From positions 57,093 through 121,092 of the forward strand of contig JAUHVY010000001.1 of NCBI GenBank assembly GCA_030424975.1: 64,000 bases of DNA, in the 5' to 3' direction. The notes under the pieces are model-generated. The model did no database searches and was not told where the DNA came from. It saw nothing but the letters and a program-made list of their open reading frames with translations. Positions 20,075 to 28,909 of the stretch are shown piece by piece (positions within the stretch are counted from its first letter, which is position 1; every line of letters begins with the position of its first letter). The DNA is from Alphaproteobacteria bacterium (GTDB taxonomy: Bacteria; Pseudomonadota; Alphaproteobacteria; Micavibrionales; Micavibrionaceae). Both the position numbers and the translations under genes were made by a program.

Positions 20075-21172
20075 ATGCGCAATATTTTATTTGTGAATTT
20101 TGCTGCCGTTTTGATGATGAGCGGCTGTTTGCCATCAGGTGGAGCGCAACAGGGAAATGCCATTTCTTTGTATCACAAAGAATCTGTTAATAACATTTCA
20201 TTTGTCAGGGCACAGAAAGATCATGCCCTTACACAATGGTGGAGTTTTTCGGGTGATGCGGCGCTTAATAAGTTAATGGATGCGGCATTGATGAAAAATG
20301 CGAGCGATGCTTCGCAAGTAACTGATATCAAAGATTATGACGCTTTGGTTCTGTTGTATAACAACCCCAAAGCAATATCAGTATATGATGTATCGAAACT
20401 CTATCTGGAGTATCGTTATATCTTTCAAAAAATGCGCATTATTGATGGTGAAAAAGAAAGGTATAAGAATATTTTAGGCGTTCGTCCTGATGTAACGGGT
20501 GATGTTGATTCGGCGCAGGTTATGACCATGCGCGAGAGGGAGCAGAAGATTATTTTGGGGTTGGCAAAGCATACGAACCTGATGCCTGAATATGTTGCGG
20601 AAATATTACGAGAAAATCAGCCTTTGCCTGAAATCGATTTAATGCCTTTATTCGCCTCTGAGGCCGAAGTATTTGCTTCGGCGCCCGCGGTGCGCGCGGC
20701 AAAGCATGCCTTGCTTTTGCGTAATAAAGGGTTGGCGCAAGATCGCTTACAAGTACATTTTACAGTAGAGCAACTTAGCCAGTTATTCGGTATTTCTGAT
20801 CAGGTTTATGTTTCAGATCAATTTTCGTGGCGCGTCAAGCTCGGGCATGCCGTTCGCAATGTTCATCTGAAAGAAGCTGAACTCGCCTGTGAGTGCGATG
20901 CGGATTTCGATGTGTTTGAGCAACGTATTTTCAGCTTTTTAATGGAGTATGAGCAAAAGCTTGTGAGTTACAGGCAGGCACAAGAGCAGTATCTTGCCTT
21001 GCAGGCGGCGTATGAGCGCGTGAAAAAGGAAACGGTGGCTGCGCAAAAATATGCAAGCAGTGCGCCGCATTTTGAAGAAAAAGAGCGTCAGGCACGTTTG
21101 GCATATCTGAATGCGTCATATGAACGGGCAAAGGCAGGGCTTGATCTGTATGAAGCGCTTGGGGTTTATTAG
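20075..21172 (+). CDS. short OMF-like lipoprotein (divergent TolC/NodT relative, about 365 aa)
   Basis: ATG 20075 is preceded by AAGGGGA. Lipobox MMSGC. The N-terminal LTQWWSFSGDAALNKLMDAAL and the C-terminal helical region resemble the ends of NodT-type OMFs. It is about 100 aa too short for a full OMF. Confidence 0.5.
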   Translation: MRNILFVNFAAVLMMSGCLPSGGAQQGNAISLYHKESVNNISFVRAQKDHALTQWWSFSGDAALNKLMDAALMKNASDASQVTDIKDYDALVLLYNNPKAISVYDVSKLYLEYRYIFQKMRIIDGEKERYKNILGVRPDVTGDVDSAQVMTMREREQKIILGLAKHTNLMPEYVAEILRENQPLPEIDLMPLFASEAEVFASAPAVRAAKHALLLRNKGLAQDRLQVHFTVEQLSQLFGISDQVYVSDQFSWRVKLGHAVRNVHLKEAELACECDADFDVFEQRIFSFLMEYEQKLVSYRQAQEQYLALQAAYERVKKETVAAQKYASSAPHFEEKERQARLAYLNASYERAKAGLDLYEALGVY

Positions 21173-22059
21173 CGTGATAGCAGGGCGTAGCTCATGATTT
21201 TATAGCAAAGTTTCGCCGTGAGGAAGTCACAAGCATGTAAACCATCACGCGGGCTAAGCTCTACGATATCGGCACCTACAATTGGCGCCTGTTTTGATAC
21301 CAGATCAAGGATATCCATTACATCATCCCAAAACAGTCCGCCCGGTTCAGGCGTTCCTGTTGCAGGCATCATGCTGCTGTCGAAACCGTCAACATCAAAG
21401 GTGATATAGGTTGGACCTGTGCCGACGGCCTTTGCAACGGCGGAGGCATCCCATTGTTTTTTATCTTTCATCCAGAAGATATCAATACGATTCGAATCGG
21501 ATTCATAAAACGGAATTTCTTCGGCAGAAATGTTACGGATACCCACACTAACGAGGCGGATATTGTCATGATCCAAGCAGCGTCGCATCGCTGCCGCATG
21601 AGAGAAATGTTCACCGTCATAGCCATCACGCAGGTCCGCATGGGCATCAAATTGTAAAATGGTGAGTTGTTCATGGCGCCGCGCATAGGGGCGAATTGCG
21701 CCTGCGCTCAAGGAATGCTCACCGCCCAAAACGAGAGGGAATTTCCCTGCATCCAATAATGCCTCGATAATGCTCTCTAACTGATCTAGTGCCGCAGGCA
21801 ATGGTGTTTTGATCTGCGGTTCTTTCAGGGTCGCAATGCCGTAATCGCGAAATGCCTCTTTCCAAAAGACTTCGTCAAAATGCTCCAACTCCGGTGATGC
21901 ATCAATAATGGCTTGCGGCCCCTTCGATGTGCCGGCTTCGTAGCTCACGCTGGCTTCCAGACCAAATGGAACTATGACTGCTTTCGCGTCATTAGGTGCA
22001 TGTGCCTCATCTGCGGGCAGGTGCAAAAAACCGTCTTTTGAATTCATATAATCAAGCAT
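21169..22059 (-). CDS. speB: agmatinase (ureohydrolase/arginase family)
   Basis: Mn-binding motifs LVLGGEHSLS, QFDAHADLRD and ITFDVDGFD. 296 aa. Confidence 0.88.
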   Translation of the reverse strand: MLDYMNSKDGFLHLPADEAHAPNDAKAVIVPFGLEASVSYEAGTSKGPQAIIDASPELEHFDEVFWKEAFRDYGIATLKEPQIKTPLPAALDQLESIIEALLDAGKFPLVLGGEHSLSAGAIRPYARRHEQLTILQFDAHADLRDGYDGEHFSHAAAMRRCLDHDNIRLVSVGIRNISAEEIPFYESDSNRIDIFWMKDKKQWDASAVAKAVGTGPTYITFDVDGFDSSMMPATGTPEPGGLFWDDVMDILDLVSKQAPIVGADIVELSPRDGLHACDFLTAKLCYKIMSYALLSR

Positions 22060-22140
22060 ATCTTCTTATACTTGATATTTTGGTGTTTTCAACTATATAA
22101 ATGAGGCTCTGATACACGTTTTACAGGAAGGATTTCAGGA

Positions 22141-23376
22141 ATGAAGGTTTTGATTATCGGCGCAGGTGCAGCAGGTAGCGTAGTGGCGCAAAAATGCGCG
22201 ATGAACAAGGATATATTTACAGAAATCCATCTGGCGAGCCGCACATTATCAAAATGTAAAAAGGTTCAGGCGTTGTGCCGTGCCAAGCATGGCGTAGAGA
22301 TCGGTGTTTCTGAATTGGATGCAGATGTGGTGCAGGATACGGTTGATCTGATCCTGAAGGTGCGCCCTGAATTGGTGATTAACATGGCATTGCCGTATCA
22401 GGATCTGGCGATTATGGATGCATGTCTTGAAACTAAGGTGAACTATATGGATACTGCCAATTATGAACCGATTGACGAAGCCAAATTCGAATATCATTGG
22501 CAGTGGGCGTATCAGGATAAGTTCAAAGAGGCGGGTATTACCGCAATTTTGGGATGCGGTTTTGATCCGGGTCAGACGAATATCTATTGTGCCTACGCGC
22601 AGAAGAACTTGTTTGATGAAATTCATTATATCGACATTATTGATTGTAACGCTGGCGATCACGGCCAGGCGTTTGCAACGAATTTTAACCCTGAAATCAA
22701 CCTGCGTGAAGTAACGCAGCGCGGTAAATATTGGGAAGCGGGTCAGTGGATTGAAACTGAGCCATTGGAATATCGCAAGATGATTGATTATCCGGAAGTC
22801 GGTGAGAAAGCGAGCTACCTTCTGTATCATGAGGAACTTGAATCGCTTGTGAAAAACATCAAGGGTCTGAAGCGTATTCGTTTCTGGATGACTTTTGGTG
22901 ATGAATATATCAAACACATGGAAGTATTGCAGAATGTCGGCATGACCCGCATTGATCCTGTGGTGCATAACGGGGTTGAGGTTGTACCGATCCAATTCTT
23001 GAAAACTTTATTGCCTGAACCGTCATCACTGGCGGATGGTTATACCGGTAAAACGTCGATCGGATGTGTGATTACAGGTATGAAGAACGGATCAAAGAAA
23101 ACCGTTTTGATTTACAATGTCTGTGATCATGAGCAAACGCATAAAGAGGTCGAGGCGCAGGCCGTGTCATACACAACAGGCGTGCCACCGGTAACAGGTG
23201 CGATTATGATGGCTAAAGGCTTCTGGGGTAAAGAAGCCGGTGTCTTCAATGTCGAGCAGCTTGACCCGAACCCGTTTATGGAAGAGGTCGCCAAGCAGGG
23301 CTTGCAATGGTTTGTGAAAGAACTTGATGCGGATCTTGGTGAACTAACTGAAAAGCGTGCAAAATATGCAGCATAA
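22141..23376 (+). CDS. carboxy(nor)spermidine dehydrogenase/synthase (saccharopine dehydrogenase family)
   Basis: N-terminal Rossmann motif VLIIGAGAAGSVVA. About 410 aa, saccharopine-DH-like. Immediately followed by, and overlapping, a carboxynorspermidine decarboxylase gene. Confidence 0.8.
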   Translation: MKVLIIGAGAAGSVVAQKCAMNKDIFTEIHLASRTLSKCKKVQALCRAKHGVEIGVSELDADVVQDTVDLILKVRPELVINMALPYQDLAIMDACLETKVNYMDTANYEPIDEAKFEYHWQWAYQDKFKEAGITAILGCGFDPGQTNIYCAYAQKNLFDEIHYIDIIDCNAGDHGQAFATNFNPEINLREVTQRGKYWEAGQWIETEPLEYRKMIDYPEVGEKASYLLYHEELESLVKNIKGLKRIRFWMTFGDEYIKHMEVLQNVGMTRIDPVVHNGVEVVPIQFLKTLLPEPSSLADGYTGKTSIGCVITGMKNGSKKTVLIYNVCDHEQTHKEVEAQAVSYTTGVPPVTGAIMMAKGFWGKEAGVFNVEQLDPNPFMEEVAKQGLQWFVKELDADLGELTEKRAKYAA

Positions 23377-24526
23377 AGCGTTGCAGGGCATAACAACCCC
23401 CGCATATGTTGCGGATATTGCTGCGTTAAAACGCAATATGGCGGTTGCAAAAACGGTAAAAGAGCGAACAGGCGTGAAAATCCTGCTCGCGACCAAGGCG
23501 TTTAGCATGTTCTCGGTTTTTGATGTGTTTAAGGATACATTGGACGGAACAACCGCCAGCGGCCTGTTCGAGGCGCGCATGGGTGCGACGCATTTCGGCG
23601 GTATCGGATCAGGCAAAGAGGTTCATTGCTATAGCCCCGCCTATACGGAGGATGAACTGCGCGATGTGTTGGAATATAGTGATCATATCTATTTCAATTC
23701 CGTGAGCCAGTTGAAACGCTTTGCACCGATGGTGCGGGCGCGTCATGAAAATGCGACGATTGCGCTGCGTGTGAATCCTCAAATATCACTGGTTAAAAAC
23801 TCATCCCTTTATGATCCGTCTGCTCCGTCATCACGTTTCGGCGTACATAAAGAAGAATTAAGCGAAGATGTTCTGGCGCAAATTGATATGCTCCATTTTC
23901 ATAATTTATGTGAAAACATGGCGCAGGATTCCGTTGCGTTGATTAAACATGTGGCGAGCGAATTTGCATTTGCGATTCAACATGTTTCGAAAATAAATTT
24001 GGGCGGTGGGCATTATATGACGCATCCTGATTATGATTTATTTGCTCTATGTGATGCATTGGTCGCCTTTCAAAAAGAGCATAACATCGCAGTAACATTA
24101 GAGCCCGGCGGCACATTCGCTTATGAGGCCGGGTATCTGGTTTCTACGGTTTTGGATATTGTTGAACGGGCAGGCGGCAATCATGCGATATTGGATACAT
24201 CGGCCAGTACCCATATGCCGGATGTTTTAGAGGTTCCGTATCGCCCCAATATTATCGATAGCGGCGAAAAGGGTGAAAAACCCCATAGCTATATTCTTGG
24301 CGGTAAGACCTGTATGACCGGTGATGTGATTGGCGAATACAGTTTTGATCAAAAGCTGGAGATTGGCTCTCGCCTCATTTTTACCGATATGATGCAGTAT
24401 TCGATGGTTAAGAATACAACCTTTAACGGCATGCCGTTGCCAGATATCGGTATCTTGCACGAAGACGGATCATATGAATTGGTCAAGTCATTCGGATATG
24501 ATGATTTCCTTAATCGCCTGAGCTAA
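23357..24526 (+). CDS. nspC: carboxy(nor)spermidine decarboxylase
   Basis: PLP-dependent alanine-racemase-fold decarboxylase. Motifs TPAYVADIAALKRN, ILLATKAF (PLP Lys), NLGGGH, LEPGG and GGKTCMTGD. The pairing with the upstream dehydrogenase is the known alternative spermidine pathway. Confidence 0.85.
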   Translation: MQNMQHKALQGITTPAYVADIAALKRNMAVAKTVKERTGVKILLATKAFSMFSVFDVFKDTLDGTTASGLFEARMGATHFGGIGSGKEVHCYSPAYTEDELRDVLEYSDHIYFNSVSQLKRFAPMVRARHENATIALRVNPQISLVKNSSLYDPSAPSSRFGVHKEELSEDVLAQIDMLHFHNLCENMAQDSVALIKHVASEFAFAIQHVSKINLGGGHYMTHPDYDLFALCDALVAFQKEHNIAVTLEPGGTFAYEAGYLVSTVLDIVERAGGNHAILDTSASTHMPDVLEVPYRPNIIDSGEKGEKPHSYILGGKTCMTGDVIGEYSFDQKLEIGSRLIFTDMMQYSMVKNTTFNGMPLPDIGILHEDGSYELVKSFGYDDFLNRLS

Positions 24527-24595
24527 AACCCTAAACTGGCATCTAACTTGCTTGTTCTTTCTTTCGACTGAAATGAAAACGAGCAGGAGAATATT

Positions 24596-25216
24596 GTGAA
24601 AATTGATCCTAATGCCGCGTTGTATACAGGGTCTGTCCAAAAGACGGTTGCTGCGGCTGCTGGAGATGAGGCGCAGGAAACAGGCAAAAATAACCCGCAA
24701 AATACAACCAAGCAGGAAAACATTGCCTATGTAGCGCAAGAGCCTTTGGCGCAAGAAACGGCAAAAACGTTGTTTTATGCGCAAACTATTGCATCAGAAG
24801 CGTCGCAGGACGAAATTGATGAGGCCGAAGCCATAGTGCAGGATTTCCTGGAATATATGGCAAAATCAACAGAAGAAAAATGGCGTGAGCGTATCCTCAG
24901 CAGTATGGGGCTGACAGAAGAGGAGCTGGCGGCCATGACGCCCGAAGAACGCGATAAGGTCGAGGATAAGATCGCCAAGATCATAGAAGATCAGATCGAG
25001 GAGGATATTCGCGAAAATAAAAAGGATGGCTTTGCGCAGGAAGTAAAAGAAGCCGTGGAGAATAACAGCCTTCGTGATGTTGAAATGACCAAGCTGTCGG
25101 GGAATACGCTCAATCGTTTAGATGAGAAGGTGATGCAAATGATCGATTTGCCGCCGGAGGTTGAAAATATGTATGAACGTGCGATGGAGCAGCAAGAGTC
25201 GGAAGAAAAGATATAA
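24596..25216 (+). CDS. hypothetical highly acidic protein (206 aa)
   Basis: GTG start preceded by GCAGGAGA. Very E/D-rich, helical, with no signal peptide and no recognisable domain. Confidence 0.5.
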   Translation: MKIDPNAALYTGSVQKTVAAAAGDEAQETGKNNPQNTTKQENIAYVAQEPLAQETAKTLFYAQTIASEASQDEIDEAEAIVQDFLEYMAKSTEEKWRERILSSMGLTEEELAAMTPEERDKVEDKIAKIIEDQIEEDIRENKKDGFAQEVKEAVENNSLRDVEMTKLSGNTLNRLDEKVMQMIDLPPEVENMYERAMEQQESEEKI

Positions 25217-25220
25217 GCAT

Positions 25221-25258
25221 AAAAAAGCCCCTGACGAAATATATATCAGGGGCTTTTG
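25221..25258. terminator. bidirectional intrinsic terminator between convergent genes
   Basis: Stem AGCCCCTGA (25226-25234) pairs with TCAGGGGCT (25246-25254), flanked by an A-run upstream and a T-run downstream. Confidence 0.75.
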
Positions 25259-25273
25259 TATTTTATGCGGTTG

Positions 25274-25720
25274 CTATCGGAAGTTCCCGTTCGCTTTTTT
25301 TGTAACCACGGTAGCTTGCGCAACCATTGCCACTTGCGGGAACATATGTGCGTAGCTTTCCCATCCTGCATCAAATTCACGATAATCAGATGTTAGCTCC
25401 TCATGTGGGAAAATATCTTTTTTCGCATGCCAGTATTTCAGGCACGGGCTGAAATAGGTGTTGGGTTCGTATGAGTGGTTGGTAAAGCGCCCGTTATCCA
25501 TTTCCATCTGATAGGTTTGGTCAACAGGGCAGAAATATCCATAGGTTTTACAATATTGTTTTGCTTCATCAGGAAGAGCGTCAAACTCTTCTTTTGTGAA
25601 GCAGCGGTCGATTCTTGAATCGAATTGCCAAATGATTGTGTCTTTAGCAATGAACTCTTTTGCGAAAAGTCCAAGGCCGTGAATCGAGCTTTGGCATACA
25701 TAGTTAGGAACGAGCATCAT
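25274..25720 (-). CDS. SET domain protein (putative protein lysine methyltransferase)
   Basis: IHGLGLFAKEFIAKDTII (GxG), GRFTNHSYEPN (NHSxxPN) and EELTSDY (ELxxDY). 148 aa, a minimal bacterial SET. Confidence 0.8.
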   Translation of the reverse strand: MMLVPNYVCQSSIHGLGLFAKEFIAKDTIIWQFDSRIDRCFTKEEFDALPDEAKQYCKTYGYFCPVDQTYQMEMDNGRFTNHSYEPNTYFSPCLKYWHAKKDIFPHEELTSDYREFDAGWESYAHMFPQVAMVAQATVVTKKANGNFR

Positions 25721-25815
25721 GATTGGATCACTCCATGTAAAAGGTTATCTAATCATTCTATATGCTTAATTTTTGTGTTTGCATAGAAAATAATGATGTC
25801 GTTTTAACAAAAGTA

Positions 25816-25838
25816 AAACCCGCTGTGACAGCGGGTTT
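25816..25838 (-). terminator. hairpin terminator downstream of the ODC gene
   Basis: Stem AAACCCGCTG (25816-25825) pairs with CAGCGGGTTT (25829-25838). On the minus strand it is followed by a U-containing tract (UACUUUUGUU). Confidence 0.55.
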
Positions 25839-25871
25839 CGAGGTGGTCTTTCGACAGTATTTTATTGTGTT

Positions 25872-27044
25872 TTAGCGCGAAACATAGACTGTATCGCTCT
25901 CGCCGAAACCATTGAAATTTGTGCGTAGCGCGTGGCTGTATGCACCTGTATTCTTAATTTCGATCCAATCACCTGTTTTGATATCCGCAGGCAACATAAA
26001 CGGGCCGTCCATCATGTCGAGTGAGTCGCATGTCGGGCCGGTAAAACGGAACGGTGAAAGTGCGTCTTCGAATTTGGCGTTATCACGTATACCGCGAACA
26101 GGATAAGCCGTGCGAAGCATTGCTCCGGCATCAAACAGACCGCCATATGTACCGTCATTTAAGTAAAGCAGATCGCCTTTACGCAATTCTACGCGTACGA
26201 TTAACGAACCGCCTTGTGCAACCAGGCAACGACCGGGCTCAGCGATTAATTCTAAGTCATCCAGTTCTGCGTGATATAGCGCTGTTCTGACGACATTAAG
26301 GCAGTTCTCAATGCTCGGTACATCTTCGCCTTCGTATGGCACTGGGAAGCCGCCGCCGATATCAAGGGCATCAACCTCTACGCCGCAATCACGGATTACG
26401 TTTTTGATTTGGTTGATGGCATTACCATATGACGCCGCGTCGGATGTTTGTGTTCCGACATGGAAGCAAACGCCAAGTTTCTTTGCAACTTTACGTGCCG
26501 CCTGTAGCAATGGAATAGCATCAGCAGGCAACGCGCCGAATTTGCTTGAAAAATCGATAGATGCCTGATCATTTTTTGGCAATGCGATACGCACAAACAG
26601 GTTCAAATCATCTGCACCTTTTGTGTTTTCGACAATTTTCTCAAGCTCGTCTTCATGGTCAAGCGAGAAGGTGCGCACATCATAATCAAAATAAGCGCAT
26701 GAAATGCTTTCCGGTGATTTGATAGTGTGCATGAACAATAATTCGGCTGTTTTTGAAATGCTGCGTACCAATTCGATTTCCGGCAATGATGCCACGTCGA
26801 ATGCTTTCATGCCTGCATTACAAAGAGCCTGAATAACAGATGGGTGCGGGTTTGTTTTCACCGCGAAAGCCGCTTTGCCGTCAAAGTTATTCATGAAACG
26901 ATTTGCTGTATCCTCAATCAATGTTGTGTTGAGCGTATAGGTCGGCAAAGCAGGGCGAAGGGCGCGTACAACATCATCCGCATTGTCAAATACATGCGGG
27001 ATCTGCGGTAGTGATCGTAATGTAAATGGTAAAACCGTGTTCAT
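25872..27044 (-). CDS. ornithine (or lysine/ornithine) decarboxylase, alanine-racemase-fold PLP enzyme
   Basis: Motifs FAVKTNP (PLP Lys), DIGGGFPV, AEPGR and GPTCDSLD. The start is set to ATG 27044, preceded by AGGAGA at 6 nt, rather than the TTG at 27065 in the ORF track. Confidence 0.85.
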   Translation of the reverse strand: MNTVLPFTLRSLPQIPHVFDNADDVVRALRPALPTYTLNTTLIEDTANRFMNNFDGKAAFAVKTNPHPSVIQALCNAGMKAFDVASLPEIELVRSISKTAELLFMHTIKSPESISCAYFDYDVRTFSLDHEDELEKIVENTKGADDLNLFVRIALPKNDQASIDFSSKFGALPADAIPLLQAARKVAKKLGVCFHVGTQTSDAASYGNAINQIKNVIRDCGVEVDALDIGGGFPVPYEGEDVPSIENCLNVVRTALYHAELDDLELIAEPGRCLVAQGGSLIVRVELRKGDLLYLNDGTYGGLFDAGAMLRTAYPVRGIRDNAKFEDALSPFRFTGPTCDSLDMMDGPFMLPADIKTGDWIEIKNTGAYSHALRTNFNGFGESDTVYVSR

Positions 27045-27370
27045 AGCGGTTCTCCTTTGGTTCAAAATATGTGGTTAATAACTAAAGCATTTTCTTCGAT
27101 CAAAGTTCCCGATAATCCAAAAACTCTGATCAGCGCCCGTTCTTATTCGTTGAACAGGCGCTTATGCCTTACCACATGGAATCCAAAGCGGTTGACGCAC
27201 CGTGTTGCGTCTTGTACGCGCGCAGCATACAAGATGACAATGATGTCGTATGAACAATGTGGGGATTAATCTGTCCCCAGCCAGCAGCAACATTACGTTT
27301 CATAACGTAAACCCTTTCAAATCTCTAAGGTTGGGAGCTTATCACTCCGCCCCGGTCTAAAATTGTTTAC
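27045..27370 (-). promoter_or_regulatory. long structured 5' leader of the ODC gene (candidate speF-type leader RNA)
   Basis: About 320 nt is non-coding and packed with stems. Plus-strand coordinates: 27132-27142/27152-27162 (11 bp), 27194-27199/27206-27211, 27211-27216/27228-27233, 27260-27265/27274-27279, and 27293-27299/27304-27310. A conserved speF leader upstream of ODC genes is known in Alphaproteobacteria, but I could not match the consensus from memory. Confidence 0.35.
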
Positions 27371-27537
27371 GCCGTTGCATAACCATAAAGATCATAAAGA
27401 TCGGCCAGAGACACGTGCGTAGGACAAGTATATAGGCAAAGTTTTAAAAGAATGCAAAAAAAAAATGAACCCGTGGTACATTTTATTCGTAGGTGATAGG
27501 GAATAGGCGTAATAAACGCAGAAAGGCAAAATGCAAA

Positions 27538-28908
27538 ATGACAATTCAAAGCGTTAATCCGGCGAGCGGGGAAATTATCGAAATATATCAGACGCATAGC
27601 GACCAAGATATTGAGCGCGCCTTGATGAATTCGCAAGACGCGTTTGTGCATCAGAAACAAAGTAAGATTGAAGAGCGCAGCGTCAAAATGAAGGCTGCTG
27701 CGGAAATTTTGCGCACACGTAAGAATGACTTTGGAAAATTGATAACCGCAGAAATGGGCAAGACGTTGTCATCGGCAATCGCGGAGGTCGAGAAATGTGC
27801 GACTTTATGTGATTTCTATGCCGAGAATGCGCAATCATTTATGACAGATGAGCCGGTATCCATGGAAGATGATTCGCGTCGTGCATATGTTAAATATCTG
27901 CCTATTGGCTGTGTTTTTGCCGTGATGCCCTGGAATTTCCCGTTCTGGCAGGTGTTTCGCTTTGCTGCGCCGGCACTAATGGCTGGGAATGTCGGTATAT
28001 TAAAGCATGCGTCAAATGTACCGGGATGTGCCATAGCGATAGAGGGTATTTTCAAAGATGCAGGGTTTGACTCGTATGAATTTCAGGCATTATTAATCGG
28101 ATCGGATAAGGTAGCAGGCATTGTCGCAGATGATCGTGTGCGCGCCGTTACATTGACTGGATCAGAAGCGGCCGGAGCCGCGGTTGCTGCGCAAGCAGGG
28201 AAGATGCTGAAGAAATCTGTTCTGGAACTGGGCGGTAGTGATCCGTTTATTGTCATGCCGTCTGCTGATTTTAATCTGGCGGTTGATCTGGCCATAAAGG
28301 GGCGCGTGCAAAATAACGGCCAAACATGCATCGCATCTAAGCGCTATATTATTCATGATGATATTTATGATGATTTTAAGAACGCGTTGATTGGTCGCTA
28401 TGAGCAGTTGGTGATTGGTGACCCGATGGAAAACATGACTGATGTAGGTCCGTTATCAAGTGAACAAATCAGGGATGACGTTAGCGCACAGGTTTCCGCC
28501 ACGATAAAGGCTGGTGCAACACGATTATGCGGTTGTGAAAAAATTGATTATAAGGGGTTCTTCTACAAGCCGGGTTTGCTGGAGGATATCCCGACAGATT
28601 CTGTTGCTTATACAGATGAGATATTTGGCCCTGTGGGTTTATTGTTTCGCGTAAAATCATTGGATGAGGCAATTGAATTAGCCAATGATACGCGCTTTGG
28701 CCTTGGTTCTGTTTTTTGCTCTCAGGATGAAGCGGAAATTGAACGCGCCGTAGAGGAGCTTGATGCCGGATCAACCTTTATCAACGGATTAACGGCCTCT
28801 GATCCGAGGTTACCTTTTGGGGGCGTAAAGGCATCCGGCTATGGCAGGGAATTAGCTGCCATAGGGATGCGTGAATTTATGAACATTAAAACGATTGTTA
28901 AATCGTAG
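27538..28908 (+). CDS. NAD(P)-dependent aldehyde dehydrogenase (succinate-semialdehyde dehydrogenase-like)
   Basis: ALDH family motifs FPFWQVFRFAAPALMAGN, LELGGSDPF (catalytic Glu) and NNGQTCIASKR (catalytic Cys). The start is set to ATG 27538 (MTIQSVNPASGE). Confidence 0.88.
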   Translation: MTIQSVNPASGEIIEIYQTHSDQDIERALMNSQDAFVHQKQSKIEERSVKMKAAAEILRTRKNDFGKLITAEMGKTLSSAIAEVEKCATLCDFYAENAQSFMTDEPVSMEDDSRRAYVKYLPIGCVFAVMPWNFPFWQVFRFAAPALMAGNVGILKHASNVPGCAIAIEGIFKDAGFDSYEFQALLIGSDKVAGIVADDRVRAVTLTGSEAAGAAVAAQAGKMLKKSVLELGGSDPFIVMPSADFNLAVDLAIKGRVQNNGQTCIASKRYIIHDDIYDDFKNALIGRYEQLVIGDPMENMTDVGPLSSEQIRDDVSAQVSATIKAGATRLCGCEKIDYKGFFYKPGLLEDIPTDSVAYTDEIFGPVGLLFRVKSLDEAIELANDTRFGLGSVFCSQDEAEIERAVEELDAGSTFINGLTASDPRLPFGGVKASGYGRELAAIGMREFMNIKTIVKS

Positions 28909-28909
28909 G

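Noticed and set aside
22249-22995. A 248-aa antisense ORF inside the carboxyspermidine dehydrogenase gene. Similar long antisense ORFs occur at 1734-2372, 18786-19310, 39965-40444, 42671-43213, 53806-54237 and 12922-13263.
   Set aside because: Each lies fully inside a confidently identified gene on the opposite strand and has low-complexity or odd composition with no recognisable motifs. These are typical shadow ORFs.
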